This document shows, piece by piece, positions 19,731 through 28,054 of a stretch of DNA of 32,000 nucleotides. The stretch's first letter is position 1. The number at the start of each line of letters is the position of its first letter. The notes below the pieces were generated by a model. That model had not been told where the DNA came from, did not search any database, and saw only the letters and a list, made by a program, of their open reading frames with translations. A program made the translations under genes and the position numbers. Source of the DNA: Candidatus Arthromitus sp. SFB-rat-Yit (GTDB taxonomy: Bacteria > Bacillota > Clostridia > Clostridiales > Clostridiaceae); the NCBI RefSeq assembly GCF_000283555.1, contig NC_016012.1:1170001-1202000 (forward strand), given 5' to 3'.

Positions 19731-19768
19731 CCAAATTAAAGATTAAATCTTTAATTTGGCTTATTTTT
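19731..19768. terminator. Intrinsic terminator between convergent Lrp-like and P-loop genes
   Basis: CCAAATTAAAGATT-A-AATCTTTAATTTGG, perfect 14-bp arms, followed by CTTATTTTTT on the plus strand. It overlaps the last codons of the minus-strand gene. Confidence 0.8.
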
Positions 19769-21502
19769 TATTAGATCAAATAAATCTAATGCTGCATTTT
19801 TAGGTCCTTCTTTCTCCATACCATCTATGGCTAAACAAGTTTTTATTTCCCCAACTGCCACACCAAATTCAAACATCTTTTCAAAATATTTATCAAGCAA
19901 CACATCTGTTTCATTCTGTTTTTGCATAGGTCCAAACGGATTAGCAAAATAAGAAGATACTAAACCTTTTTCGTGTGTTGTTCCCTTTGCAAATCTGTTA
20001 CCATCCCTAAATATTTTTATTGCATCCTTTATTTTATCCCTACTGTATAATTTAATAGTGCCATCGTTTGCTCTCTCATAATTATTTGCATATAAAATAA
20101 AATCAATTTTATTTCCCATTATAATATCACGATAACTGGATACCGGCATAACAAGCCTTGCATTAGTTTTATCTGGATTCATAAATATACTTCTATCTAT
20201 CTCCTTAAATGCATATCCCTGATCTAAGTCATCAAGTCTTACAAAAGCCCCTATTTCAGTACCATAACCATAAATTCCATCCTGAGCAATTTTTAAAACC
20301 CCCATATCATCAAAGATTACCGTCATATCCGAAATATACTCTTCTCCAAAACTTCTAAAAGCCTCAAGTGACTCTGACTTCCCAGCACCTGAATCTCCAA
20401 CGATCACAATATTTGATGAAGTTCCATTCTTTAAAGTTATTGAAACCATAGCTCCATGAATTGGTAAATATCCCCTTTTAATCATAACCAAATTATGAAG
20501 TGTTAAAGTCATCTTTTTTAAATATCCAAAATAATCTACATCCTTGCTATAAGTAACAAGTCCTACTAATAAATTATTTTCTATATCATCATAGAAAACT
20601 GTTTTATACTCATTATTTCTATCACTTAAATCTTCAGCTCCATAAACATACATTATATCAGGATTCCTTCCAACATACTCATCCCTACTTGCCATTTCAA
20701 ACAAATTAGATAATGCTATGCCATTAGCCATAAAATCTTTATGAAAATAAATAAATGCTAAGAGTTCTCCAACTTTCGCGGGATAACAAAACCAATTCTC
20801 ATCATCTATTTCACAATTTTTAAGTGGATTTTCAAATACCTCTGTAAAAGATCCACTTCTTGTATTTTTAGTTGGATATGAAATAAATGGAGTCTCTAAT
20901 GAAATCGTATCTATAAATTTTATATTTTCAACTAATTCATAATTTTTCAATTTCCAACTATACTCGTTCAATACAATTGATGCATTATTGCCAGACTTCA
21001 ATTGTCTATAAACAAGTGGTACCTTCGCTGTAACAGAATTCTTTATTTTACGGTAAAGTTGCATTATTAAGTTTGTAAATTTTGAATTCGCATCAACAAA
21101 TCCTAATTTTATAATTCCATCTCCAACGGACATTTGAGTAAGTATTGTATATCTCTCAAGTTTTATCCAATAAGAATAAAAATCTTCTATAAAATTATCA
21201 AAACTATATTTATCCTCAAGTATATAATAATACCTAACTTTCATATTGATAACTTCTTCTCTATCAAATATAGTCAAAAGTTCCAATATCTTTATAAGTG
21301 ACATGATAAATTCATCTAAATCCTCTATTCCTCTTAAAAAATACTTATATACACTATCTCTTCTAGATATTTTCTTATTTAAATAATGCACAAGCACATT
21401 TTTAAATCCATTACTCTCAAGCACATCTTCAAAAGTACTACAATATTTTTTAGTAAAATTCATCATAACCTTATCATTGCTTATAGAAAATTCCTTAATC
21501 AT
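19751..21502 (-). CDS. PEP carboxykinase/HprK-like P-loop protein (track ORF opens at 21517; likely start ATG 21502 after GGGGGA)
   Basis: Walker A VIVGDSGAGKSES and DD-containing VIFDDMG, with GIYGYGTEIGAFVRLDDLD. The combination resembles the HprK/PEPCK P-loop fold. Confidence 0.65.
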   Translation of the reverse strand: MIKEFSISNDKVMMNFTKKYCSTFEDVLESNGFKNVLVHYLNKKISRRDSVYKYFLRGIEDLDEFIMSLIKILELLTIFDREEVINMKVRYYYILEDKYSFDNFIEDFYSYWIKLERYTILTQMSVGDGIIKLGFVDANSKFTNLIMQLYRKIKNSVTAKVPLVYRQLKSGNNASIVLNEYSWKLKNYELVENIKFIDTISLETPFISYPTKNTRSGSFTEVFENPLKNCEIDDENWFCYPAKVGELLAFIYFHKDFMANGIALSNLFEMASRDEYVGRNPDIMYVYGAEDLSDRNNEYKTVFYDDIENNLLVGLVTYSKDVDYFGYLKKMTLTLHNLVMIKRGYLPIHGAMVSITLKNGTSSNIVIVGDSGAGKSESLEAFRSFGEEYISDMTVIFDDMGVLKIAQDGIYGYGTEIGAFVRLDDLDQGYAFKEIDRSIFMNPDKTNARLVMPVSSYRDIIMGNKIDFILYANNYERANDGTIKLYSRDKIKDAIKIFRDGNRFAKGTTHEKGLVSSYFANPFGPMQKQNETDVLLDKYFEKMFEFGVAVGEIKTCLAIDGMEKEGPKNAALDLFDLIKNKPN

Positions 21503-21524
21503 AATAATTTCCCCCATATAAAAT

Positions 21525-22250
21525 TTATTTTAACTGCTTGTATACCTCATTCATTCTGTCATGAACTATAACATGTAAATTTTTAATTTCTTCAGAACTT
21601 AAAGTTTTTAAATCTATAGGGTCTAATATACGAACTTTTATTTTCCCATCTCTAATTTTGTTATTATTATTTTCATAAACATCCCTAGTCCCATATAAAA
21701 CCATGGGAAGAATTTTAACTCCTGATTTCAAAGCAAGTTTAAAACTACCTTTTTTAAACTCCTCAATTTGTCCTGTATCATTTCTCTTTCCTTCTGGAAA
21801 AACACACATACTAATTCCACTTTTTAATTCTTCAATTCCTTTATTCAACTCAATTATAGAAGCTCTAGCATCATTTCTATCAATAAAGATAGATCCTGCA
21901 ACTCTCATCCATTCACTAAATGCCATAACATTTGATAATTCAATTTTTGAAACAAAGGAAGTAATTTTAGGAAATGCCTTTATTACAGTTGCAATATCTG
22001 CTAATCCCAAATGATTTGCAACAATTAAATAAGTTTCATCCAGATCAACTTTTTCTTGTCCAGTAATATCAAAATCTATATTAACACTCTTACAAAATAC
22101 ATCTGCAAATAGATTATAGGATCTTTCAAATAATTTCGTGAACTTTTCTCTATCATTATTTTTTTTAGCTTTTTTAAACGCCTTTAAATTTACACTTATA
22201 TAAATATAAAATTTCGCAAAATTCATCCAATAACAAAGTGTTTTATACAA
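21525..22250 (-). CDS. plsC: 1-acyl-sn-glycerol-3-phosphate acyltransferase-like
   Basis: Acyltransferase blocks VANHLGLADIATV, GSIFIDRNDARASI, MCVFPEGKRNDTGQIEEFKKGSFKLALKSGVKILPMV. TTG start with GGAGG at good spacing. Confidence 0.9.
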   Translation of the reverse strand: MYKTLCYWMNFAKFYIYISVNLKAFKKAKKNNDREKFTKLFERSYNLFADVFCKSVNIDFDITGQEKVDLDETYLIVANHLGLADIATVIKAFPKITSFVSKIELSNVMAFSEWMRVAGSIFIDRNDARASIIELNKGIEELKSGISMCVFPEGKRNDTGQIEEFKKGSFKLALKSGVKILPMVLYGTRDVYENNNNKIRDGKIKVRILDPIDLKTLSSEEIKNLHVIVHDRMNEVYKQLK

Positions 22251-22412
22251 GCTTTATCCTCCATATCTTCTGAAAAAAATATCTATTTTTATATTATATT
22301 AATTGTATATTAAATTTTACAAGTGATTTTTTATTTTGTTTCTTAATGAATAATTTAGTATAAAATATGAAAAAACTCTTAAAAATATGCTAAATATATG
22401 CGAGGTAACATT

Positions 22413-23249
22413 ATGAAAAAAATAAGAAAAATTTTTTTACTTATATTTTTCTTTTTTCTTATTTCATGTTCAAATAAAAATACAAAAGATTTATTTAATA
22501 TCATATTCTTTGATGTTAATCAAGGAGATTCAAGCTTAATTTCCTATAACAATATATCAATCTTAATTGATACAGGTGAAAAAGAATTTATTGATAATGT
22601 TATAAATACTATAAAATCTAGAAACATCAAAACACTCGATTATGTAATACTCACACATGATCATTCAGATCATTCGTCTGGATTCCCCGAGATTTATAAA
22701 AATTTCAAAGTAAACAATGTCATTTTACCCGGTATTTTTAAAAATGATACTTTCAATGAAGTTAAATCCTTAATAAAGAATTCAAAAACTAAACTACTCT
22801 ATATAGATAAACCTTCAATATTAAATTTAAAAAATGATTTTAAACTCAAATTCCTGTGTGATTTTTCTAATCCTGTTGAGGAATTTAACGATTCATCTCT
22901 TGTATTTCAGGCTTCAGTTAAAGATTTTGATGTTTTATATACAGGTGATATTGAAGAGGATAAACAAATCGAACTTTTAGATATGAATATAAAAAGTGAA
23001 ATATTAAAGGTGCCTCATCATGGTGCTTATAACAATGATAAAAACAATGTCAAAAAATTTATTGAAAAAGTCAATCCATATATATCTGTCATTAGTGTTG
23101 GAAATAATTCATATGGACATCCTAACAAAAACACTTTAAATATTTTAAACGATGTAAATTCAAAAATATTAAGGACAGATCAACTCGGAAATATTATTAT
23201 AAGCTGTGATATGAAAAATAATACACTAACTATAAACTCAATTATTTAG
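22413..23249 (+). CDS. ComEC/Rec2 C-terminal-like metallo-beta-lactamase-fold hydrolase, lipoprotein (track ORF opens at 22398)
   Basis: Lipobox signal MKKIRKIFLLIFFFFLISC, MBL motifs FFDVNQGDSSLI, ILIDTG, THDHSDHSSG, LYTGDIEEDKQIEL, VPHHGAYN. Confidence 0.88.
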   Translation: MKKIRKIFLLIFFFFLISCSNKNTKDLFNIIFFDVNQGDSSLISYNNISILIDTGEKEFIDNVINTIKSRNIKTLDYVILTHDHSDHSSGFPEIYKNFKVNNVILPGIFKNDTFNEVKSLIKNSKTKLLYIDKPSILNLKNDFKLKFLCDFSNPVEEFNDSSLVFQASVKDFDVLYTGDIEEDKQIELLDMNIKSEILKVPHHGAYNNDKNNVKKFIEKVNPYISVISVGNNSYGHPNKNTLNILNDVNSKILRTDQLGNIIISCDMKNNTLTINSII

Positions 23250-23312
23250 TATTTAATGATTTATTTTTTTTGTGTATAATTTCTATATAAAATTTTATGG
23301 AGGTAATGCTAT

Positions 23313-24752
23313 ATGGTGGTAAGAACACGTTTTGCTCCAAGTCCAACTGGATACATGCACATTGGAAATCTCAGGACTGCTTTATATACATATTTAATTG
23401 CTAAAAAAGAGAACGGTAAATTTATTTTAAGGATTGAAGATACAGATACAGAAAGATTTGTTGAAGGTGCAGTAGAAATAATTTTTAACGTTTTAAAAGA
23501 CACCCATCTTAATTATGACGAAGGTCCTAATGTACCTGGTAATTATGGTCCTTACATACAAAGTGAACGCAAACATATATACGAAGAATATGCTGAAAAA
23601 TTAGTTAAAAATGGTCATGCTTATTACTGTTTTTGTACAAACGAAAGGTTATCAAAATTGAGGGAAGAATCTAATAAGAAAAATGAAGTATTTAAATATG
23701 ATAAACATTGTCTTAATTTAACTCCTGAAGAAATCAAAGAAAATTTAGCCAAAAATATACCTTATGTAATAAGACAAAATAACCCAATCGAAGGTACTAC
23801 TAAATTCAATGATATTTTATACGGTGAAATAAGTGTTCCAAACTATGAACTTGAAGATATGATACTTCTTAAAACTGATAAAATGCCAACATATAATTTT
23901 GCAAATGTAATTGACGATCACTTAATGAAAATTACACATATAGTTAGAGGTAAAGAGTATCTTTCATCTGCTCCTAAATACCAAAGACTTTATGAAGCTT
24001 TTTCTTGGGAAGTTCCAACTTACATACATTGCCCTCATATTATGAAAAATGAAACAGAAAAGCTCTCAAAAAGAAATGGAGATGCTTCATATAATGATCT
24101 AATAGATAAGGGATATTTGAGCGAAGCAATAATAAATTATATAGCTCTACTTGGTTGGAGTCCTGAAAATAATGAAGAGTTTTTCACTCTAGATGAACTT
24201 ATAAAAAATTTCAATTATAAAAACATTTCAAAATCTTCATCGATATTTGATATTAAAAAACTTACTTGGATGAATTCTGAGTACATCAAAAAAATGGATA
24301 AAGACAAATTTTACAATATCTCAAATAAGTACTTGGGAAATCTTCCTTCACAAATAGATAAAAAACTATTATGTGAAATGATACAAAATAGGATAGAAAT
24401 ATTATCACAAATTCCTGAAATAATAGACTTTTTAATAAATCTCCCTAATTATGATTTAAGTATATTTGAACATAAAAAAATGAAAACTACAATCGAATCA
24501 TCTAAAGAAATTTTAATAGATGTACTTCCTATTTTTCAAAATACAAATGATTACTCAATAGAGAATTTAAATTCACTTATAAATAAATATATAAAAGATA
24601 ATTCATATAAAAATGGATTTGTGTTATGGCCAATAAGATGTGCCTTATCTGGTAAAAATTCAAGTCCTGGTGGTGCAGTTGAACTTGCACATTTACTTAA
24701 AAAGAAAGAAACATTAATCAGATTAGAAACTGCAATAAATAAATTATGTTAA
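23313..24752 (+). CDS. gltX: Glutamyl-tRNA synthetase
   Basis: [42 protein letters not shown] and the KMSKS-equivalent motif LSKRNGD. RBS GGAGG upstream. Confidence 0.97.
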   Translation: MVVRTRFAPSPTGYMHIGNLRTALYTYLIAKKENGKFILRIEDTDTERFVEGAVEIIFNVLKDTHLNYDEGPNVPGNYGPYIQSERKHIYEEYAEKLVKNGHAYYCFCTNERLSKLREESNKKNEVFKYDKHCLNLTPEEIKENLAKNIPYVIRQNNPIEGTTKFNDILYGEISVPNYELEDMILLKTDKMPTYNFANVIDDHLMKITHIVRGKEYLSSAPKYQRLYEAFSWEVPTYIHCPHIMKNETEKLSKRNGDASYNDLIDKGYLSEAIINYIALLGWSPENNEEFFTLDELIKNFNYKNISKSSSIFDIKKLTWMNSEYIKKMDKDKFYNISNKYLGNLPSQIDKKLLCEMIQNRIEILSQIPEIIDFLINLPNYDLSIFEHKKMKTTIESSKEILIDVLPIFQNTNDYSIENLNSLINKYIKDNSYKNGFVLWPIRCALSGKNSSPGGAVELAHLLKKKETLIRLETAINKLC

Positions 24753-24760
24753 AAATTAAT

Positions 24761-24788
24761 AGGACTTACAAATCATCTTGTAAGTCCT
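24761..24788. terminator. Bidirectional intrinsic terminator between gltX and the convergent RNase H-like gene
   Basis: AGGACTTACAA-ATCATC-TTGTAAGTCCT, 11-bp perfect arms followed by CTTTT; overlaps the 3' codons of the minus-strand gene. Confidence 0.85.
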
Positions 24789-25458
24789 CTTTTAGATTTA
24801 AAATATATTTTTCAATATTTCTCCACCTAATATATATATAAAATAAATTAACTACATCATCTAAATTATAATTCAATATCTTCTTAACCTTATCTTCAGG
24901 TATTCTATTTATATAATCGTGATCTTTAACAATTTTTGCAAACGTTTTAGCAATAGTAACTCCGCTCATAAGCTCATTTTTCCTATCAATTCCCGCTATC
25001 TTTTCCAAATTTTTAAGACCTATATTATCTTTGTTCTTAGAAATTTTAGAAAATTCTTTCTGAAGATCAATCTCTTCAAAATAATTTTTTATATAAAAGT
25101 CTACATTATATTGATTGAACAAATAATTTATAACGGTAAAATCATTATTCCCTGAAAACGTTACAATATATTTCTTATTAAGCTCCGAATACATCTTTTT
25201 AAAATAATCTTTAGCTAGCAAAAGCAAAGTATGTATTTCATATTTGTTTTCTATCATGTACTGAGTAACCTTCAATTTATTTAAATTATCATCATAATAG
25301 CAACATCCAAAAACTCCTATACAAATAGGTTTCTTATATACATAGTGTTCTAAGTCAAAATAAATAGCATGTTTGTAAACTTCAACATCCACACTTCCAT
25401 TCAAAACACTACCTACATCAAATTCCTCAACATTGCAATACTGCTCCAATATTCTCAT
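24766..25458 (-). CDS. Ribonuclease H-like / 3'-5' exonuclease-like (YprB-type) protein
   Basis: YFDLEH (DxE motif I), VTFSGNNDFTVINYLF, LKNLEKIAGI, and LNYNLDDVVNLFYIY (D-containing motif III) match the DnaQ/YprB layout. Confidence 0.75.
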   Translation of the reverse strand: MRILEQYCNVEEFDVGSVLNGSVDVEVYKHAIYFDLEHYVYKKPICIGVFGCCYYDDNLNKLKVTQYMIENKYEIHTLLLLAKDYFKKMYSELNKKYIVTFSGNNDFTVINYLFNQYNVDFYIKNYFEEIDLQKEFSKISKNKDNIGLKNLEKIAGIDRKNELMSGVTIAKTFAKIVKDHDYINRIPEDKVKKILNYNLDDVVNLFYIYIRWRNIEKYILNLKEDLQDDL

Positions 25459-25628
25459 AAAAATTACCGCTCATTTCTCTTCACAGATTACCTTTACTAT
25501 TATAAAATTAAGATAATAATAAAACAATATAAATTTAAAAATATTTAATTTGTATTATATTTACATTTTAAAAATATACTTGTATATTATAAAACTTTTT
25601 TATTTTATTTATACGAGGTGTTTGTTGT

Positions 25629-25865
25629 ATGAAAAATTTTAATAAAATATCAATTAATGAATCATATAAAGTTGAAGATATAATATGTACAACATCCATA
25701 AAAAAACGTCTTAATTCACTTGGTATATTAAAAAACTCTTCAATATCTATATATAAAAAAATCCCCTTAGGTGGACCTATAATAATTAATGTTAATGGAT
25801 GCAATATAGCACTTGAAAAAAAAATATTCGATACTCTAATACTTAATAAAGCTACAGGGGAATAA
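25629..25865 (+). CDS. feoA: Ferrous iron transport protein A
   Basis: 78-aa SH3-like protein (KKRLNSLGILKNSSISIYKKIPLGGPIIINVNGCNIALEKKI) immediately upstream of feoB. Confidence 0.93.
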   Translation: MKNFNKISINESYKVEDIICTTSIKKRLNSLGILKNSSISIYKKIPLGGPIIINVNGCNIALEKKIFDTLILNKATGE

Positions 25866-25869
25866 CATT

Positions 25870-27633
25870 ATGAGATACGCTCTAATTGGAAATCCAAACG
25901 TTGGTAAGACTACTATATTTAATATACTAACAGGATCAAACCAAAAGGTTGGTAACTATCCAGGTGTTACAGTACAAAAAAAGGTTGGTAAAATAACTAA
26001 TAACATAGAATTAATAGATCTTCCTGGTATTTATTCCTTGGATTCCATTTCTATCGAAGAAAGAATATCACTTGAATATCTCCAAAATAAAAATCCAGAT
26101 TTAATTATAAATGTTCTCGATTCATCAAATCTTTATAGAAATTTATTCTTAACGCTTCAATTGATAAATTTTAATATACCTATGGTGTTAGTACTTAACA
26201 TGATAGATGTAGCTGAAAAAAATAATATAAAAATACATACAAATAAACTATCTACATACTTAAACTGCAAGGTATTTACTGTTAATGGAAATAAGAAAAA
26301 TACCATATCATCTATTGAAAATTTCATTAAAAACTATGAACCAATAGATATTCAAAAAAGCAAAGTTGATAAATCTAAATCATCTAATGAAATTTATGAA
26401 GAGATAAATTCAATTTTAAAATTATGTGTAAAAACCAGTAAATCTAAAAATAAAAACAAATCCAAATATGTAGATAACATTGTTTTAAATAAATACTTAT
26501 CATTTCCAATACTAATAATAATCTTCTATTTAATATTTAAAATAACCTTCTCTTGGGTTGGAGGACCCATGTCCGATATATTGTCTAATTTAATATCAAA
26601 TAAATTTGTACCAATAATCGAAAACCTATTATCGCATTCATCACCTATAATTAAATCATTTATACTAGATGGCATTATAAATGCAGTTTCTACTATTATT
26701 TCATTCTTACCACTGATATTATCTATGTTTATATGTTTAACATTTTTAGATAATTGTGGATACATAGCTAGATCTTCCGTTTTACTAAATAGGTTTATGA
26801 ATATGTTCGGACTATCCGGAAAGGCATTTTTCCCTTTGCTTATGAGTTTTGGATGTACCGTTCCTGCTATAATGGCAACACGTACATTCGAAAATGACAA
26901 TGATAGAAAAATATCTATATTCTTATTGCCACTTATGAGTTGTAGTGCGAGATTACCCGTTTTCTTACTATTCACAAACATATTTTTTAAAAATCATAAA
27001 GAAATCGTACTATTATTTCTATATGCATTAAGCATAATTCTCGCTGTAATTATCGGAATTATAATGAACAAATTTTCCAAAACAGATAATTTAGAAAAAT
27101 CTTTCATCTTAGAGCTACCAGACTACAAACTTCCTTCGTTATCATATATTTTAAAAGAATCCTTAAACAAAATATCCTCGTTTTTCAAAAAAATAGGCAC
27201 ACTTATATTATCAATCTCAATAGTAATTTGGTTTTTATCTAATTTTAATATATACGGATTTTGCTCTATTGAAGATAGCTTTTTATACTCTATAGGTTCA
27301 TATATTTCAAAAATATTTGTTCCATTGGGATTTGGTTTTTGGCAAGCAGGCGTGTCTTTAATAGCTGGACTTATGGCAAAAGAATTTATAATAAGTTCTA
27401 TGGGAGTTACATTTGGAGCAAATTTAACTCAAATAATTCCAACATTTTTCACTTCACATTCATCAATATCTTTTTTGGTTTTTGTATTGTTATATACACC
27501 TTGTATATCTGTATTGTCTACAGTTAAACATGAATATGGAATTAAATTTACACTTATATTAACGGTATATCAATTATTATTAGCATATTCCGTATCTTTT
27601 TTAGTGTTTAATATTACAAATTTATTATGGTGA
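25870..27633 (+). CDS. feoB: Ferrous iron transport protein B
   Basis: G-domain GNPNVGKTTIFN, LIDLPGIYSL, VLNMIDV; GCTVPAIMATRTFENDNDRK and SCSARLPVFLLF in the permease domain. Confidence 0.96.
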   Translation: MRYALIGNPNVGKTTIFNILTGSNQKVGNYPGVTVQKKVGKITNNIELIDLPGIYSLDSISIEERISLEYLQNKNPDLIINVLDSSNLYRNLFLTLQLINFNIPMVLVLNMIDVAEKNNIKIHTNKLSTYLNCKVFTVNGNKKNTISSIENFIKNYEPIDIQKSKVDKSKSSNEIYEEINSILKLCVKTSKSKNKNKSKYVDNIVLNKYLSFPILIIIFYLIFKITFSWVGGPMSDILSNLISNKFVPIIENLLSHSSPIIKSFILDGIINAVSTIISFLPLILSMFICLTFLDNCGYIARSSVLLNRFMNMFGLSGKAFFPLLMSFGCTVPAIMATRTFENDNDRKISIFLLPLMSCSARLPVFLLFTNIFFKNHKEIVLLFLYALSIILAVIIGIIMNKFSKTDNLEKSFILELPDYKLPSLSYILKESLNKISSFFKKIGTLILSISIVIWFLSNFNIYGFCSIEDSFLYSIGSYISKIFVPLGFGFWQAGVSLIAGLMAKEFIISSMGVTFGANLTQIIPTFFTSHSSISFLVFVLLYTPCISVLSTVKHEYGIKFTLILTVYQLLLAYSVSFLVFNITNLLW

Positions 27634-27637
27634 TATA

Positions 27638-27783
27638 ATGGAAATTTTAATTATACTGATTATTGTTTTTGTAAGCTTTTTACACATCTTAAAAATAATT
27701 TTTAAAAAAGATAACTCTTGCAAAAATTGTAATAAATCATGTAAAAAAAATGATATAATAACAAAAATTAAAAAAAATGGATA
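27638..27783 (+). pseudogene. FeoB-associated Cys-rich small membrane protein, split by an apparent 1-nt frameshift
   Basis: Frame 1: ATG 27638 gives MEILIILIIVFVSFYTS* (stop 27689..27691). The other frame continues to a stop at 27781..27783 as ...LLHILKIIFKKDNSCKNCNKSCKKNDIITKIKKNG*. One missing T in the T-run near 27680 would restore MEILIILIIVFVSFLHILKIIFKKDNSCKNCNKSCKKNDIITKIKKNG. Confidence 0.7.
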
Positions 27784-27961
27784 AATTTTATAAACAATTT
27801 CTATTTAATTTTATATATCTTAAAATATTGTAAAATCTATATTGTTATTTTTTAATATCAAATTATTCCACAATGTCCACATATTTATTCACAATTTTTA
27901 TTAATATTTTGTTATAATTTATCAATTCAGAATATTTTTATATGTGTTTTAAATAAAAATA

Positions 27962-28006
27962 GCTAAGTTATTCACAATGTGTTGTTAACTATGTGTATAA
28001 CTTAGC
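27962..28006. repeat. 45-bp imperfect inverted repeat between convergent genes; possible bidirectional terminator, contains two TTATNCACA sites
   Basis: GCTAAGTTAT-T-CACA (27962..27976) pairs with TGTG-T-ATAACTTAGC (27992..28006), 14 of 15 positions. Minus-strand continuation is TATTTTTATTT. Confidence 0.75.
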
Positions 28007-28054
28007 ATAATTTTTGTTAATATATGTTGATACTTTAAAAATATCTCCTCCATA

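Noticed and set aside
27784-28054. Gap as the chromosomal origin of replication
   Set aside because: DnaA-box-like sites are present, but no dnaA/dnaN/rpmH/gidA-type neighbour and no clear AT-rich unwinding module could be tied to them. Reported only as a box cluster.
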